DNA from: an uncultured Deferribacteres bacterium
GTDB lineage: Bacteria; Zhuqueibacterota; Zhuqueibacteria; Zhuqueibacterales; Geothermadaptataceae
Direction of reading: 5' to 3'
Assembly: GCA_964014485.1 (NCBI GenBank)
Contig: CAXHAT010000149.1
Location: 1 to 20,213, forward strand
Length of the DNA stretch: 20,213 nt
Shown: positions 7,875 through 17,010 of the stretch, one piece after another
Layout: the number at the start of each line of letters is the position of its first letter
How positions within the stretch are numbered: the stretch's first letter is position 1
The notes under the pieces: model-generated
What the model was told of the DNA's origin: nothing
What the model saw: the letters and a program-made list of their open reading frames with translations, nothing else
Databases searched by the model: none
Translations under genes and position numbers: made by a program

Positions 7875-8840
7875 TTATTGTGAAACGTCGTCAAATAATG
7901 TGCTTATCGACTCTTCGTTATGTATTCGTAAAATGGCTTTCCCGAATATTTCGGCAACGCTGATGACGTTGATTTTATCGATTTTCTTCTCATCGGGCAA
8001 TGTGACTGTATCCGTCACAATCATTTCCGTGATTGGCGAGTCATTTATTTTCTTGATAGCGTCGCCTGAGAGAAGCGGATGCGTACATCCGGCGTAAATA
8101 TTTTCAACGCCTTCGTTGGCAAGGTGCTTTGCCGCCGCCACGAGCGTTCCCGCCGTGTCGCAAATATCATCAAAAAGAATGACGTTGCGCCCTTTTACCT
8201 CGCCAATCAGGTTCATCACTTCCGCAACGTTTTGCTGCGGCCGCCTTTTGTCGATCATGGCGATGGGCGCGAGCAACCTTTTCGCGTAGGCTCTTGCTCG
8301 CCGAATCCCGCCGATATCCGGCGCCACAACGACAGGAGATTGAATCTTCTTTGAATGCAGATGTTCGACAAAAATATTTGCAGCGTAGAGATGGTCCAAA
8401 GGAATATCGAAGAAGCCCTGGATCTGCGCCGCATGCAAGTCCATTGAAAGAACGCGATCCGCTCCAGCAGTCGTCAAAAGGTTTGCTACCAGCTTAGCGG
8501 TAATCGAAACTCTCGGCTGGTCTTTTCTGTCTTGGCGCGCATAACCGAAGTAAGGAATAACAGCAGTGATACGATTCGCCGAGGCGCGCCTGGCGGCGTC
8601 AATCATGATGAGCAACTCCATCATATTGCGCGCCGGAGCAATCGTCGATTGAATTAAAAAGACGTCCGCGCCGCGAATATTCTCGTTGTACTTGACCCAA
8701 ATTTCCCCATCGCTAAAATCTTTAATTATGCTTTGGCCAACCTGAATATCCAGGTAATCGGCAATCTTCTTTGCCAATTCCGGGTTCGATCTGCCTGAAA
8801 AGATTTTAGGCGGGCGTTGATGTATGGGACTTAGGGTCAT
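7875..8840 (-). CDS. prs: Ribose-phosphate pyrophosphokinase
   Basis: FSDGEI, PYFGYARQDRK, DLHAAQIQGFFD and DDICDTAGT motifs. Start placed at ATG 8840 because the track start at 8897 lies inside the tRNA terminator hairpin. Confidence 0.95.
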   Translation of the reverse strand: MTLSPIHQRPPKIFSGRSNPELAKKIADYLDIQVGQSIIKDFSDGEIWVKYNENIRGADVFLIQSTIAPARNMMELLIMIDAARRASANRITAVIPYFGYARQDRKDQPRVSITAKLVANLLTTAGADRVLSMDLHAAQIQGFFDIPLDHLYAANIFVEHLHSKKIQSPVVVAPDIGGIRRARAYAKRLLAPIAMIDKRRPQQNVAEVMNLIGEVKGRNVILFDDICDTAGTLVAAAKHLANEGVENIYAGCTHPLLSGDAIKKINDSPITEMIVTDTVTLPDEKKIDKINVISVAEIFGKAILRIHNEESISTLFDDVSQ

Positions 8841-8863
8841 ACACGCTGCCGGTTTTGCCGTAC

Positions 8864-8898
8864 AATAAAAATGACGAAAACAGTCGGTCTTCGTCATT
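8864..8898 (-). terminator. Intrinsic terminator or processing hairpin downstream of tRNA-Gln
   Basis: Minus strand: AATGACGAAGAC-CGACT-GTTTTCGTCATT followed by TTTATT. Confidence 0.65.
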
Positions 8899-8913
8899 CT
8901 GGTTTAAAAAAAG

Positions 8914-8986
8914 CTGGGGCGGAAGGACTCGAACCTTCGAATGCAGGAACCAAAATCCTGTGCCTTGCCAACTTGGCGACGCCCCA
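8914..8986 (-). tRNA. tRNA-Gln (anticodon UUG), CCA not encoded
   Basis: TGGGGCG/CGCCCCA acceptor stem, D-arm GCCAAGTTGGCAAGGC, anticodon arm CAGGA-TTTTGGT-TCCTG, T-arm GAAGG-TTCGAGT-CCTTC. The ispE-tRNA-Gln-prs synteny is common. Confidence 0.97.
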
Positions 8987-9048
8987 GTGAATTCAAAACC
9001 TCAAGAATGCACTCAAGGTTTCAAAACATGCGCTTTTGGAAAGCGTGG

Positions 9049-9076
9049 AATTTAAACTATTTTCTTAAAAATTCAA
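9049..9076 (-). promoter_or_regulatory. Putative sigma-70 promoter for tRNA-Gln-prs-rplY
   Basis: TTGAAT-N16-TAAATT followed by GC-rich CCACGC (discriminator-like), with AT-rich upstream sequence. Confidence 0.45.
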
Positions 9077-9288
9077 CTATTATTTTCGCTTTCTCAACAA
9101 TAAAGCTTTGACAGGAATTTACTATCTGACGCTTTTTGTGCCAAAGAGTTTATTGCGGCTGCGCCAATTGCAGAAATCCCGCTTTGCCGTTCTGAAGACA
9201 TTTCTGTTATCGCCCCGCAAAAATGTAGGCGGCGAGCGCTGCAGGAATATCATCCTTTGCCAGGGCTTAAGAACAAAAAATAGCGAAA

Positions 9289-9606
9289 TCAGTCGTTTTG
9301 ACCAATCTTGTGTAAGACTCTGGTGACTTCATCATCAACAGGAAGTCCCGCATCATTGAGAACTCGAATATATTCCTTCAGAATCTCGCTTTCTACTTTT
9401 GCGCGAAACTCATTCGTGATCGGATGCGCGATGTCTCGATAAGCGCCGTCACTCATTTTTCGGCTAGGCATGCTGATAAAATAGCCGTGCGTACCCTTGA
9501 TGATTTTCATGCCCCGCACAACGAAGCAATCATCGAATATGACATTTACAAAAGCTTTGAGCTTGTCTTCATCACGAATACTGATCGTGATCTCAGTAAT
9601 CTCCAT
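9289..9606 (-). CDS. spoVG: SpoVG family nucleic-acid-binding protein
   Basis: MEITEI...KLKAFVNVIFDDCFVVRGMKII...FISMPSRK...YRDIAHPI; SD GGAGGGAG. Confidence 0.96.
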   Translation of the reverse strand: MEITEITISIRDEDKLKAFVNVIFDDCFVVRGMKIIKGTHGYFISMPSRKMSDGAYRDIAHPITNEFRAKVESEILKEYIRVLNDAGLPVDDEVTRVLHKIGQND

Positions 9607-9660
9607 TTCTCCCTCCAGACGCCGCTTTCGACAGCCGGAAAAGCCTTTTCGTAAAAAGCG

Positions 9661-10575
9661 TTATTTTTTGATTTTTTCAAATACATCTCTCATCCCCCAT
9701 GCGGTTGGCTCGACAACGCTCACAAAATTGTTCTTTTCGAACATCTCCCCGACCGTCCGCGCTTGACTCTGCGTGTTGAATAAACCAAAAAGCGCTGAAC
9801 CTGTTCCAGAAAGATTTGCATAGATTGCGCCTTGCGCATATAATGCTCGTTTAATTTCCGCAAGCTCTGGAAAATGTTTAAAGACCAGCTCCTGAAAATC
9901 ATTTCTAAAAACATTGCGCCATTCCTGCAACCGATCCTGAGCTTGAAAAAAACGCGTAAAATTAATACCATCTTCACCGCTTGTCAAGGGAATTCGAATG
10001 TTCGAATATGCCCATTTTGTCGAAATATGAACAGGCGGAACCACGACAACCGCCCAAAATTCGATCGCCGAATCAATTTGTTCCAAACGATCGCCGACCC
10101 CTTCCGCATAGGCCGCGCCTCCAGTGAGGAAGAACGGAATGTCAGCGCCAAGCTTGACGCTCATTTTTTTTAGCTCTTCGACAGAAACGTTTGCTTTTGT
10201 TAGCAGATTAAGCCCGATGAGAGTCGCTGCCGCGTCACTGCTCCCGCCTCCCAAACCAGCTCCTGCGGGAACGCTCTTTTCCAAAAAAATTTCAATCGTG
10301 AAAGTTTGGCTGATGGAAGTTAAAAAAGCACGCGCCGCCTTCCAGACTAGATTGTCTTCGTTGTCTGGAATATTCGGCTTGTCGACTTTCAAAAAAATCT
10401 GATTTTCTTTTGAAGGAAAGGCTTTTATTTGAAGGTTGTCTTGAAGTGAAATTTGCTGGAAGAGCGTCTGGATATCATGATAGCCGTCAGGCCGTTTACC
10501 GACGATGCGCAAATCGAGGTTAATTTTCGCATATGCCGGCAATCGGACTTCGGCTGCGGTTTCGGAGAATTGCAT
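9661..10575 (-). CDS. ispE: 4-diphosphocytidyl-2-C-methyl-D-erythritol kinase
   Basis: AKINLDL, RPDGYH, PAGAGLGGGSSDAA, LGADIPFF and LSGTGS GHMP-kinase motifs. Confidence 0.97.
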   Translation of the reverse strand: MQFSETAAEVRLPAYAKINLDLRIVGKRPDGYHDIQTLFQQISLQDNLQIKAFPSKENQIFLKVDKPNIPDNEDNLVWKAARAFLTSISQTFTIEIFLEKSVPAGAGLGGGSSDAAATLIGLNLLTKANVSVEELKKMSVKLGADIPFFLTGGAAYAEGVGDRLEQIDSAIEFWAVVVVPPVHISTKWAYSNIRIPLTSGEDGINFTRFFQAQDRLQEWRNVFRNDFQELVFKHFPELAEIKRALYAQGAIYANLSGTGSALFGLFNTQSQARTVGEMFEKNNFVSVVEPTAWGMRDVFEKIKK

Positions 10576-10631
10576 AGCCTGGACTTCTGAAAAAATCAGA
10601 GCGCGAAATAAATAATGTTAGATAAAACGCG

Positions 10632-10913
10632 TTAGCCCTTGGCTTTTGGCAATATTTGTTCAACGTCAGCATGAGGGCGCGGGATGACGTGAACCGAGAT
10701 TAATTCTCCAACTTTGTCCGCCGCAGCGGCTCCTGCATCTGTCGCCGCTTTTACGGCGCCAACGTCGCCTCGGACAAGAACGGTGACGAGTCCGCCGCCG
10801 ACTTGCTCTCTTCCAACGAGAGAAACTTTCGCGGCCTTGACCATTGAATCAGCTGCTTCGATAGCACCGACCAAGCCTTTTGTTTCGACCATTCCTAATG
10901 CATCCAAACTCAT
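10632..10913 (-). CDS. Bacterial microcompartment shell hexamer (BMC-H, EutM/PduA-like)
   Basis: [43 protein letters not shown] and HVIPRPH; single 93-aa BMC domain. Confidence 0.95.
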   Translation of the reverse strand: MSLDALGMVETKGLVGAIEAADSMVKAAKVSLVGREQVGGGLVTVLVRGDVGAVKAATDAGAAAADKVGELISVHVIPRPHADVEQILPKAKG

Positions 10914-11017
10914 CTCTCAATTCTCCGCTTTCTAATAACTTCTCCAACGTCCCGCACAGCGTAATTCATTTAAAAAAATTAATTTATGAATCCCGCCACG
11001 GGTTCAAAAAACGCGTA

Positions 11018-11046
11018 ATAATAATGATACAACGATTGATTGTCAA
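11018..11046 (-). promoter_or_regulatory. Near-consensus sigma-70 promoter driving BMC-H-ispE-spoVG
   Basis: Minus strand: TTGACA (11046-11041), 17-nt spacer, TATTAT (11023-11018). Confidence 0.7.
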
Positions 11047-11134
11047 CATATTTCCAGTGAACTAAGACGCCCTAAAACGTATGCCTTGCATATTGCCGGG
11101 GACTTTGTTTAATTCACCACTCACAAATCCTTTT

Positions 11135-11971
11135 ATGACTGAAAACTTGAAATCATACGCTCAAAAAAACGACCGAACAGCGCACCCTGGAGCGCAAAAA
11201 CCGCTCATATTTTTTTCTGACGTTCACTTGGGCGCGCCGCTGCTCAAAGACGATTTGAAACGAGAACAAAAGCTGATTCGGTTCCTTGAATCGACGTTAC
11301 AAGAAGATTCGGCGGTTTTCATAGTTGGAGACTTGTTCGAGTTTTGGTTCGAATATCGCGAAGTCGTGCCTCGCAAGCATTTTCGTCTCCTTTCCGCCTT
11401 GCATCGTTTTGCTCTTGACGGAAGAGAAATCCATTATTTGATTGGCAATCACGACTTGTGGGCCGATTCTTTTTTCAACGACGAGATTGGTATTTCCGTC
11501 CACAAAAAACCGTTAGAAATCGCCGCTCATGGTTTTAACATTTTTCTCTCTCACGGCGACGGCCTCGCAAAAAGCGACAAAAAGTACCGGTTTTTAAAGG
11601 GCGTGCTTCAAAACAAGGTTAACATAAAACTATATCGCTGGGTGCATCCTGATATTGGCATACCGTTCGCCAAACGGCGTTCACAGGAGAGCAGACACAA
11701 AGGCGCAAAGCCGGATATTCTATCGCAAGAATACAGAGAAGTCGCTGAAGGAAAATTTAATGAGGGTTTCAACGTCTTTATAATGGGCCACACGCACAAG
11801 GCAATTCACGAAATTAATGCCGGGAATCATTACATTAACCTTGGCGACTGGATCAATCACTTTAGTTTTTGCCGAATTGAAAATGGCGAGATTGGTTTGT
11901 ATCAGTGGCCGTCAAATAGAATTTATGTCAGGCCGCAAGGCGTCGCAGCGAATGAAAAGGTGACAGAATGA
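11135..11971 (+). CDS. LpxH-like UDP-2,3-diacylglucosamine diphosphatase (calcineurin-like metallophosphoesterase)
   Basis: SDVHLG, GDLFEFW, GNHD, SHGD, MGHTH and NLGDW motifs. Start uncertain (11081 or 11135). Confidence 0.8.
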   Translation: MTENLKSYAQKNDRTAHPGAQKPLIFFSDVHLGAPLLKDDLKREQKLIRFLESTLQEDSAVFIVGDLFEFWFEYREVVPRKHFRLLSALHRFALDGREIHYLIGNHDLWADSFFNDEIGISVHKKPLEIAAHGFNIFLSHGDGLAKSDKKYRFLKGVLQNKVNIKLYRWVHPDIGIPFAKRRSQESRHKGAKPDILSQEYREVAEGKFNEGFNVFIMGHTHKAIHEINAGNHYINLGDWINHFSFCRIENGEIGLYQWPSNRIYVRPQGVAANEKVTE

Positions 11972-14106
11972 ATAAAAAAATCATGCTTTGGTCCGGGAGC
12001 TTTTTGGTCGTCGTCATAGCCGGTTGGGCTCTTTTTTCATACCTGGCCAAAGGCCTGCCTTCACTGGACAATCTTGAAGAATACACGCCAAAGCTTGCCT
12101 CAAAAGTATATTCCGCAGACGGTAAACTCATCCATACTTTCCACAAGGAACGGCGCACTTACGTCCCGATTACCGAAATGCCGCCCCACATCTGGAAAGC
12201 GCTCGTTTCCATCGAAGATCGTCGTTTTTTCAAACATTGGGGACTCGATCCAATTCGGATTGTAAAAGCGATCATAGTTGATATAATGGCGTTTGAACTT
12301 GTTGAAGGAGCAAGCACCATCACCCAGCAATTGGCTCGACAACTTTATATGAATCAGAGCCTGCAGCAGACATTCACCCGAAAACTGCGCGAGCAAATCA
12401 CCTCGATTGAGATTGAAAGAACTTACACCAAAACCGAAATTCTCGATCTGTATTTGAACTATATGAATTTTGGTCACGGCTCCTACGGCGTGGAATCGGC
12501 GGCGCGGTTTTATTTCGCCAAGGACGCGCGTGATCTCAATTTGCAGGAATGCGCCATGCTCGCCGGCGTTTTAAACAGACCGGCTTCATTGAGCCCGTAC
12601 GTGAACCCGGATCGCGCCAGAAATCGCAGGAATCTTGTTCTCTACAGCATGTTGCAGACAGAAATGATTACGCGCGCAGAGTATGACGTTGCGGTCGACG
12701 CTCCGCTTGGCGTTTTGCCGGAAAAGCCCAAACCGAACGACGGTTTGGGAGGCTATTTTATTGAACACATCCGGCAGGATTTGCAGAAAAAGCTCGGCAT
12801 GGAACTTTACGACGGCGGCTATGAAATTCACACGACGCTCGATAGCCGCGCTCAATTTCTTGCGGAGAAATACGCCGACGAACAAATCGACGTTATGCAG
12901 CGGCGGAATAATAAACGGATTCTGAAGAACAGGCGCGAGCTGCAAAAACTGATCACGCAGAAAACGCTTGAGAAGGTCGGCAAAACTTTCAATCAAATCG
13001 TCGCGGATTCGGCGCTTGTCGATTCGCTGCTGACGGAAATCGTTCCAGTTCAAGCCGCACTTGTTTCAATCAATCCGAGCAACGGGCACGTTGTCGCTAT
13101 GATTGGCGGGCGGGATTTTTCAAAATACAAGTTTAACAGAGCGATTCAAGCTCAACGCCAGCCGGGTTCAGCATTTAAACCATTTTTGTATACTGCGGTT
13201 ATCGACAACGGCTACCCAGCCACTTTGGAGTTGCTCAACCAGCCTGTTGTGGTTTTTCTTGAGTCCGGTCAGCGCTGGAGCCCCCACAATTACGGTGAAA
13301 CCATGGGCGGTCTGACAACCATTCGGGAAGGTTTGAAGAAGAGCTTGAACTTAATCTCCGTCCGCTTGATTCAGAATATTACCAACCCAAGAACCGTGAT
13401 TCGTTACGCCAAAGAGTTGGGGCTGACGACACGCATCCCCGAAGTCGACGCCATTGCGCTGGGATCGGGATCAGTCATTCCGCTTGAGATTACACAGGCA
13501 TACGCCGCCTTTGCCAATCAGGGAATTCTGAAAGAGTCAATTTTTGTCACGCAAATCAAAGATCGTTACGGCAATGTTATAGAAGAAAATTTTGCAGATT
13601 CCAGGCAAGCGATCAAAAAAGAAACGGCATTTGTCGTCACGGATTTGCTGCGCGGCGTTGTTGACGGCGGCACAGGCGGACGTACGCGCTGGATGTACAA
13701 ATTTTATCGTCCCGCCGCAGGAAAAACCGGGACGACGAACGATTACACGGACGCATGGTTTGTCGGTTTTACGCCGCAAATCGCCACCGGCGTCTGGGTT
13801 GGGTTTGACAATCCAGCTCAAACATTTGGTCCCGGACAAGACGGCGCGCGCGTTGCTTTGCCCATCTGGGCGCCATACATGAAATCGGTTCACGATTCCT
13901 TGGCCCTGCCGGAAGAAGATTTCATCATGCCGGAAACGGTGCTTCGCCTGGAAATTTGCAACGCTTCAAAAAAATTGGCCAACAACGAATGTCCGGGCAA
14001 TCTGGTGTTCAAGGAAGTTTTCATTATGGAAACAGAACCGACGCAGAATTGCGACGTTCACACAGGCTTTCGGCGAGATTCAAGTCGGAAAAGAAGAATC
14101 CGGTAA
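11968..14106 (+). CDS. mrcA: Class A penicillin-binding protein (PBP1A family)
   Basis: Glycosyltransferase motifs EDRRFFKHWG, GASTITQQL and RKLRE; transpeptidase motifs SAFK, SLN and KTG; N-terminal TM anchor. ATGA overlap with the upstream gene. Confidence 0.93.
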   Translation: MNKKIMLWSGSFLVVVIAGWALFSYLAKGLPSLDNLEEYTPKLASKVYSADGKLIHTFHKERRTYVPITEMPPHIWKALVSIEDRRFFKHWGLDPIRIVKAIIVDIMAFELVEGASTITQQLARQLYMNQSLQQTFTRKLREQITSIEIERTYTKTEILDLYLNYMNFGHGSYGVESAARFYFAKDARDLNLQECAMLAGVLNRPASLSPYVNPDRARNRRNLVLYSMLQTEMITRAEYDVAVDAPLGVLPEKPKPNDGLGGYFIEHIRQDLQKKLGMELYDGGYEIHTTLDSRAQFLAEKYADEQIDVMQRRNNKRILKNRRELQKLITQKTLEKVGKTFNQIVADSALVDSLLTEIVPVQAALVSINPSNGHVVAMIGGRDFSKYKFNRAIQAQRQPGSAFKPFLYTAVIDNGYPATLELLNQPVVVFLESGQRWSPHNYGETMGGLTTIREGLKKSLNLISVRLIQNITNPRTVIRYAKELGLTTRIPEVDAIALGSGSVIPLEITQAYAAFANQGILKESIFVTQIKDRYGNVIEENFADSRQAIKKETAFVVTDLLRGVVDGGTGGRTRWMYKFYRPAAGKTGTTNDYTDAWFVGFTPQIATGVWVGFDNPAQTFGPGQDGARVALPIWAPYMKSVHDSLALPEEDFIMPETVLRLEICNASKKLANNECPGNLVFKEVFIMETEPTQNCDVHTGFRRDSSRKRRIR

Positions 14107-14107
14107 G

Positions 14108-14827
14108 TCAGCGCGTGCTTGCTTTGAGGCTTTTGAACAGGATAGTAAGAGAAAAAAGCGTCAGCAAAAGCCCCCACGCCCAATGCGGCAAGAAGAGATG
14201 GTTGGCAATAACGCTTGTGTCGGAAGCGAATTGTTGTCCTGAAATTGAACCGCCCGCAGTGAAAAGGTAGTTAAAATCCCGGAATGTGCTGATACAAGCC
14301 TGAACTCCGAGAAACTGCAACGCGGCTCTTTGTAGTCCCGACGCTTTTTGCAGCCCGATTATAAGGATGACGACGCCGAGAAGTGAGATGACGACAACGC
14401 CGACCACGGTCTTCACCCAAATGACCACGGAAATAATTAGCCCCAGCCCAAACAAAGTCAGCACAAGCTTGGCGACGTCTCCATAGCGCGAAACACGCAG
14501 CAACATGGCGCCCGCTATAGGCGGCCCCATAGGTCCTGCCGCAGCCACAAGAGCCTGCCCAAATCTTCCGAAGGCCACCTTTCCGGTATGCGTGGCAATC
14601 CCGGAGCCGTTTGAAAAAATCTCCAAACTTCTAAATTCCGCGCCAAGCAGCATCGCCATTAGGCCGTGCCCCATCTCGTGAAACCATGTTCCAAGAATCG
14701 TGAACGGATAAAGCAAGTATCTGCCTTGCGGCGTTTGCCAGAGCAGGATGGTTAAAATCGCGGTAACTGTCAGCCAGATTGTATCAGAGCGTTGTATACG
14801 CATCGATGGAGCCGGGTAGCTCTCCAT
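14108..14827 (-). CDS. M50 family (M50B-like) intramembrane metallopeptidase
   Basis: HEMGH zinc motif, AAAGPMGP, C-terminal SD motif and several TM helices. Start uncertain (14842, 14827 or 14803). Confidence 0.85.
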   Translation of the reverse strand: MESYPAPSMRIQRSDTIWLTVTAILTILLWQTPQGRYLLYPFTILGTWFHEMGHGLMAMLLGAEFRSLEIFSNGSGIATHTGKVAFGRFGQALVAAAGPMGPPIAGAMLLRVSRYGDVAKLVLTLFGLGLIISVVIWVKTVVGVVVISLLGVVILIIGLQKASGLQRAALQFLGVQACISTFRDFNYLFTAGGSISGQQFASDTSVIANHLFLPHWAWGLLLTLFSLTILFKSLKASTR

Positions 14828-14842
14828 GCCAAGGTGTTCCAA

Positions 14843-15589
14843 TTATAAAATATCTATGTCTTTTGCTGAATCGAAAATCCAAGTTGGCCGCCAGGGGAAT
14901 TTGTCCAGGTCGTCCCTTTGACTAACGCCGGTTAAGACAAGAATCGTCTTCATGCCGGCCTGAATGCCCGCGAGAATGTCCGTCCGCATATTATCGCCGA
15001 TAATCACGGTATTTTCAGAATGCCCGCCAATGCTGTTCAGCGCGGCTCGCATCATCCAGGCGCTTGGCTTGCCGATATAGAACGGTTTAATTCCGGTAAT
15101 ACGCTCAATGGGAGCGCAGAGCGCGCCGCAGCCGGGGTAGCCTTTGGGCCCGGCGACGTCTGGATTAGTAGCGATAAAGCGCGCGCCTTGCATAATGAAC
15201 GAAGACGCTTTACGAATCATGTTCCAATGATACGCTTGGGTTTCCCCAACAATGACGTACTCGGGGTCAACGTCCGTCATTGCGAAGCCGATGCTGTACA
15301 ACTCGTGGGTCAAAGCGCCGTCGCCGATAACGTACGCCTTTTTGCCGGTTTGCTTCTTAAGAAAAGCGGCGGTTGCCATGCTGGACGTGTAGAACATTTC
15401 CTGGGGAATATCCAAGCCTGCCGTGCGCAATCGGTTCTGTAAATCAGCGGGCGTTTGGGACGGGTAGTTGGTAAGAAAAAGTAGCGGGTATTTTTTTTCG
15501 AGCAACTTGCTTACAAATTTATCCGCACCGGGAATGATTGAATTATCATGTAAAACAACGCCGTCTATATCGCAAATAATGTTATCCAT
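14843..15589 (-). CDS. nagD: HAD-IIA ribonucleotide monophosphatase NagD
   Basis: CDIDGV, LTNYPSQT, ATNPD, GKPS and GDNMRTDI motifs; reads colinearly with enterobacterial NagD as I recall it. Confidence 0.88.
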   Translation of the reverse strand: MDNIICDIDGVVLHDNSIIPGADKFVSKLLEKKYPLLFLTNYPSQTPADLQNRLRTAGLDIPQEMFYTSSMATAAFLKKQTGKKAYVIGDGALTHELYSIGFAMTDVDPEYVIVGETQAYHWNMIRKASSFIMQGARFIATNPDVAGPKGYPGCGALCAPIERITGIKPFYIGKPSAWMMRAALNSIGGHSENTVIIGDNMRTDILAGIQAGMKTILVLTGVSQRDDLDKFPWRPTWIFDSAKDIDIL

Positions 15590-15606
15590 GTAGCAGTCAT
15601 TTCATC

Positions 15607-16905
15607 CTATCTTAAAACAAAATAGAGTCGCGCTCGATCTTTACTTACGCCAAAGAGTATTTGCAAAATCCGCGCGTCTCGCGTTCGCATAATCAGTCCT
15701 CCGCCTCCTGTGAGGGCAAAATTCTGTAAATCGAATTCTTCGAGAATGTTCGGAGCGGCCTGTCCATAATCCATGAACCACATCCAATCCAAAAACCGCC
15801 AAATCGGGTAGCGGTATTCCATTGAGCCAAATATGACGTCTTTATCGCGAAAACGGCCTCGCGTATAGCCGCGCATTGTCTCTCTACGTCCAAATGAGCT
15901 GAGATTATAAAATGGAACGTCTCGATTATTCAGCGGCTGATTGCTCTCCACAGCGAATCGCAACGTAAGCCTCCGCAAGTAAAACAAATGCAAATGCCGC
16001 TTGGCGTCCACGAAAAAGCGCAAATAGCGGAACGCGTCGCCCTGAATTTGTGAGTTTAAACTTGCTGACGCTTCCACTTCCCAACCCGTCGTCGTCAAAC
16101 CGGAATAGTTTCGGGAATCATGTGAAATTGTAACGCCGAAACTCTGGATTTTGGTTCGCCCCGACAAACCCGGCAATGAGTCCGCTGGAACATCGGTTAA
16201 AGAAGGCGCGTCGCTTTCAAGCGCATCGAAAAGTTCAAATTGATTGAATTCAGTAAAAAATTGCAGCCTGGAGTTTTTGCCGACCTGAGGCCCAATTTGC
16301 GCTCTCGCCGTAATTTTTTCCATCGCGTATTCAGATTCATTTTCGAACCTGGAGTTTGGGCCGAGACCAAAAAACGACTCTTCGGCCAGAAAACGGTATT
16401 GGACAAAGGTCGATCCGAAAACGCGATTTCCCAAAGGGACGTCTAAAATCCGAAAATAGTGTTTTTGCCGTTTATCGAAAAAACCATGCGAGAATCGAGC
16501 TTGTACTTGTGAGCCTTGTCCCAACAGATCTCTGTGATAAAGCCTTACGCCAAAACCGGAACGATTTGAACCTATGACCTGCACGCCGCGAATTCTGATT
16601 CTTGGAAAAGCCAGGTCGCGAACCCATTTGGTTGAGGGCGATTCATAGACAAATCCGGCCGTTTTTCCAATGGCGCCAAAAAAAAGCCGGAACGGCAAAT
16701 TAAGCACGGTTCCGGGAACGTTGACAATCTTTTCCAACGTCGTGTGGGACGACATTTTTTTCGGATAAACGCGAACGCTGTCGTCAAGCGCACTCGGTTT
16801 TTTCGTTTTTTTTTCTTTCTCTACTGTACTCGCTGTTAGTTCAATCGAGGCGATCATCGTTGAGAATAGCAAGAAAGCGATCAGCCATCTCTTTCTGAAT
16901 CTCAT
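15607..16905 (-). CDS. Omp85/BamA-TamA family outer-membrane beta-barrel protein without evident POTRA domains
   Basis: Signal-peptide-like N-terminus (MRFRKRWLIAFLLF), FFGLG, DSRN, MRGYTRGRFRD (Omp85 (V/I)RG(Y/F)-type motif), EYRYPI and FMDYGQ. Start at 16905 or 16920. Confidence 0.8.
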   Translation of the reverse strand: MRFRKRWLIAFLLFSTMIASIELTASTVEKEKKTKKPSALDDSVRVYPKKMSSHTTLEKIVNVPGTVLNLPFRLFFGAIGKTAGFVYESPSTKWVRDLAFPRIRIRGVQVIGSNRSGFGVRLYHRDLLGQGSQVQARFSHGFFDKRQKHYFRILDVPLGNRVFGSTFVQYRFLAEESFFGLGPNSRFENESEYAMEKITARAQIGPQVGKNSRLQFFTEFNQFELFDALESDAPSLTDVPADSLPGLSGRTKIQSFGVTISHDSRNYSGLTTTGWEVEASASLNSQIQGDAFRYLRFFVDAKRHLHLFYLRRLTLRFAVESNQPLNNRDVPFYNLSSFGRRETMRGYTRGRFRDKDVIFGSMEYRYPIWRFLDWMWFMDYGQAAPNILEEFDLQNFALTGGGGLIMRTRDARILQILFGVSKDRARLYFVLR

Positions 16906-17010
16906 AATTTGTTGACGCAAACGCGATTACAACTCAACTCCCAAACAATTTCTTCCTGTCAGTACTGGAATTCTGAATAAGCCCGTTAGAGCGACGCGAA
17001 AAAACATTTT

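Noticed and set aside
8841..8897. Cys-containing N-terminal extension of Prs
   Set aside because: It is translated from the terminator hairpin after tRNA-Gln; ATG 8840 gives a normal-length Prs.
9125..9146. TTGGCAC on the minus strand as a sigma-54 -24 box
   Set aside because: There is no TTGC at the required spacing (GG-N10-GC is not satisfied).
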